Shown in pieces: positions 50,783-52,904 of a DNA stretch of 52,904 bases. The position numbers and the translations under genes were made by a program. This DNA comes from Pseudovirgaria hyperparasitica (taxonomy: Eukaryota): assembly GCA_010093815.1 (NCBI GenBank), contig ML996572.1. The stretch is one strand, 5' to 3'. Within the stretch, counting starts at the first letter, position 1; every line of letters starts with the position of its first letter. Under the pieces are notes generated by a model. It saw only the letters and a program-made list of their open reading frames with translations. It had not been told where the DNA came from and did no database searches.

Positions 50783-51232
50783 TTAACATAATTAAGCCTT
50801 ATATTTAAGTCGAGTCTTATATTTAAGTTAAGCCTTACGTTTAAGTTAAGCCTTATACTTAAGTTAAGCCTTATATTTAAGCTAAGCCTTATACTTAAGT
50901 TAAGCCTTACGTTTAAGTTAAGCCTTATATTTAAGCCAAGCCTTACGTTTAAGTCGAGCCTTATATTTAAGCTAAGTCTTATATTTAAGTTAAGCCTTAT
51001 ACTTAAGTTAATTCTTATGTTTAAGTTAAGCCTTATATTTAAGCTAAGCCTTACGTTTAAGTTAAGCCTTACGTTTAAGCTAAGCCTTATATTTAAGTTA
51101 AGCCTTATACTTAAGCCGATTCTTACGTTTAAGCTAAGCCTTATATTTAAGTTAAGCCTTACGCTTAAGCTAATTCTTATATTTAAGCCGATCCTTATAT
51201 TAAAGCTAAGTCTTATACTTAAGTTAAAGCTT
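50783..51232. repeat. 18-bp minisatellite (ttaagccttatatttaag), about 24 copies
   Basis: Visible tandem units; variants such as gtcgagccttac and gccgattctt preserve older bases. Confidence 0.95.
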
Positions 51233-52904
51233 ATAATATAACTACCGTCTCAACCGATAATAAACTACTTATCTTTAGTATACTTACTAGTAACTACTAT
51301 TCTAATAATAAGTATAAACTTAAGAAGGTCTAAAGTAGTAAGGCTCCTATTCCTACTTACGCTATCTATTAGATCTCTCTTATATAGAGTAATCTATAGT
51401 TAACCTTTAGGAATATCTATAGTATTAGTAGAGAAATAGATAGACTTAAGTAGAAATAAGCGAAAACTTAAGCCGAGCTTAAGCTAGTAGTATTTAAGGC
51501 TTATAGTAAAGGTTATAGCTTCGAAGAGTTAATTAGTTATATATATAGATTTCTTAAATTCTCTAAGTACCGCTCTTAGATTAAGTTATATACTTACTTC
51601 TAATAGATTAATAAAGGGAAATTAATATCCTTAATAAGCTTACTCCGCTTTAATTATACTAATATCCTTCTATTATCTAACTACTCTATAGTATAGATCT
51701 TTAAGATTAAGTAAGTAGATAACTTTATTAAGTATTTTTCTAAACTTTCTAATCTTATTATAAGCGAAGCGGATAAAGCTAATATACTATATATTAATAC
51801 CGGTCTCTATAAAGACTCTTATGACTTTTAGATTATTAAACTTATAGCTAGTAAGCTTCTTAGTATAGGTTTTACTATCCCGTTATATATTAGACCCGAT
51901 ATAATATATAAATAAGTAAAGTAATTCTTTAAAGATCTAGGTACTTATACTATAGTTTATATCTTACTACCGCTACGTAACCCTATAGATCTTACTAGCT
52001 TTAATAATAAGCTTAAACTAGAGAGCGATCTAATTAATTTATAGTATATAGAAGTTACTACTCTCTATATATAATACGGTATATTAAGTAGGCCGGATAC
52101 TTAGCCCTAGATCTCTATTCTCTACCACGAGTTATTCGATAAGAAATTTAACTACCTAATATATATTACTATAAGTATCTTATAAGATAAATAGGCGGAT
52201 CTTCTATTATCCTAATTCTAAGACGTTACTATTAGATATATCTAGCTCTTATATATTACTTAGGCGCTCTTAGCTATTATCTATTCTATTAATATAAAAG
52301 AATTCTATTATATAGAACTAGGTAGTCGTAGATACCTTAAAGTAGATTTAAAGAATTATAATAATAATACGTACTACTTTAAAGTCCTTTAATTTCGTCT
52401 AGGTATCCTTAAGGCTATTTACATGCCTTACTCTAAAAGTCTTTAATAAGGTTAGACGTTCTTCTAAAGTATCTAAGGTACTAATTATATTAATAGATAC
52501 GGTTACTAATATAACTTAAGCTCGTCCTAAATATTTTATTTAGACTAGTAATACTAGTTTAAGTATAATTAGGTCGTCCCTTACTACGCTTATAGAGTTT
52601 ATAGATATTCCGGCTTTAGTTAGCGTATAAATCTATAATAAGCTTACTAAGTAATATATTAATACGTGCTAGAAACTAATCTACCACGCTATATAAGCTT
52701 CTAGAGATAGCGGCGTAGACGACTACGCCGCTTAGAATATGTTTAATATAATAGTCCTTAATATTATCGTGGACTCGGTATCTATATCTCTAATATATAG
52801 GTCCCCTAACCCTAATAATAAGATTCTAGATTATAGTATAGAGCCTTAGAATACCCTTATTACTCTTTCTAAATTATCTATATCCCTAGATAATAATAAG
52901 GATA

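Noticed and set aside
51017..51241. 74-aa FKLSLI-repeat ORF
   Set aside because: Minisatellite read-through artefact
1..52904. Alternative genetic code (TAA/TAG read-through)
   Set aside because: Stops fall at both Gln and Trp positions together with G>A and C>T missense changes, as expected from RIP

Overview
Fungal (filamentous ascomycete-type) AT-rich heterochromatic repeat block with a strong RIP signature: CpA/TpG depleted, TpA enriched, and paired repeats differing almost only by transitions. There is no intact gene, and all ORF-track entries are fragments or artefacts. Five retroelement insertions can be delimited: (1) an 11.4-kb minus-strand non-chromovirus Ty3/gypsy element (7373-18761, 4-bp TSD, tRNA-Gln-like PBS) carrying an extra ~970-codon gene with a PhyH-like 2OG-Fe(II) dioxygenase motif set; (2) and (3) two self-priming chromoviruses (22319-29582 and 42756-50138) with long 3' extensions; (4) a near full-length Tad1-like LINE (~35645-40926); (5) a 5'-truncated copy of that LINE (30844-31606). 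They sit in an older RIP-decayed backbone with a SNF2-family helicase pseudogene, a Plavaka transposase pseudogene, several minisatellites and unidentified coding-like remnants. The most unusual signals are the dioxygenase cargo gene and a 31-bp palindrome found six times in two unrelated retroelement classes. Protein motifs were read by eye, allowing for RIP transitions. Inner gene boundaries are approximate.
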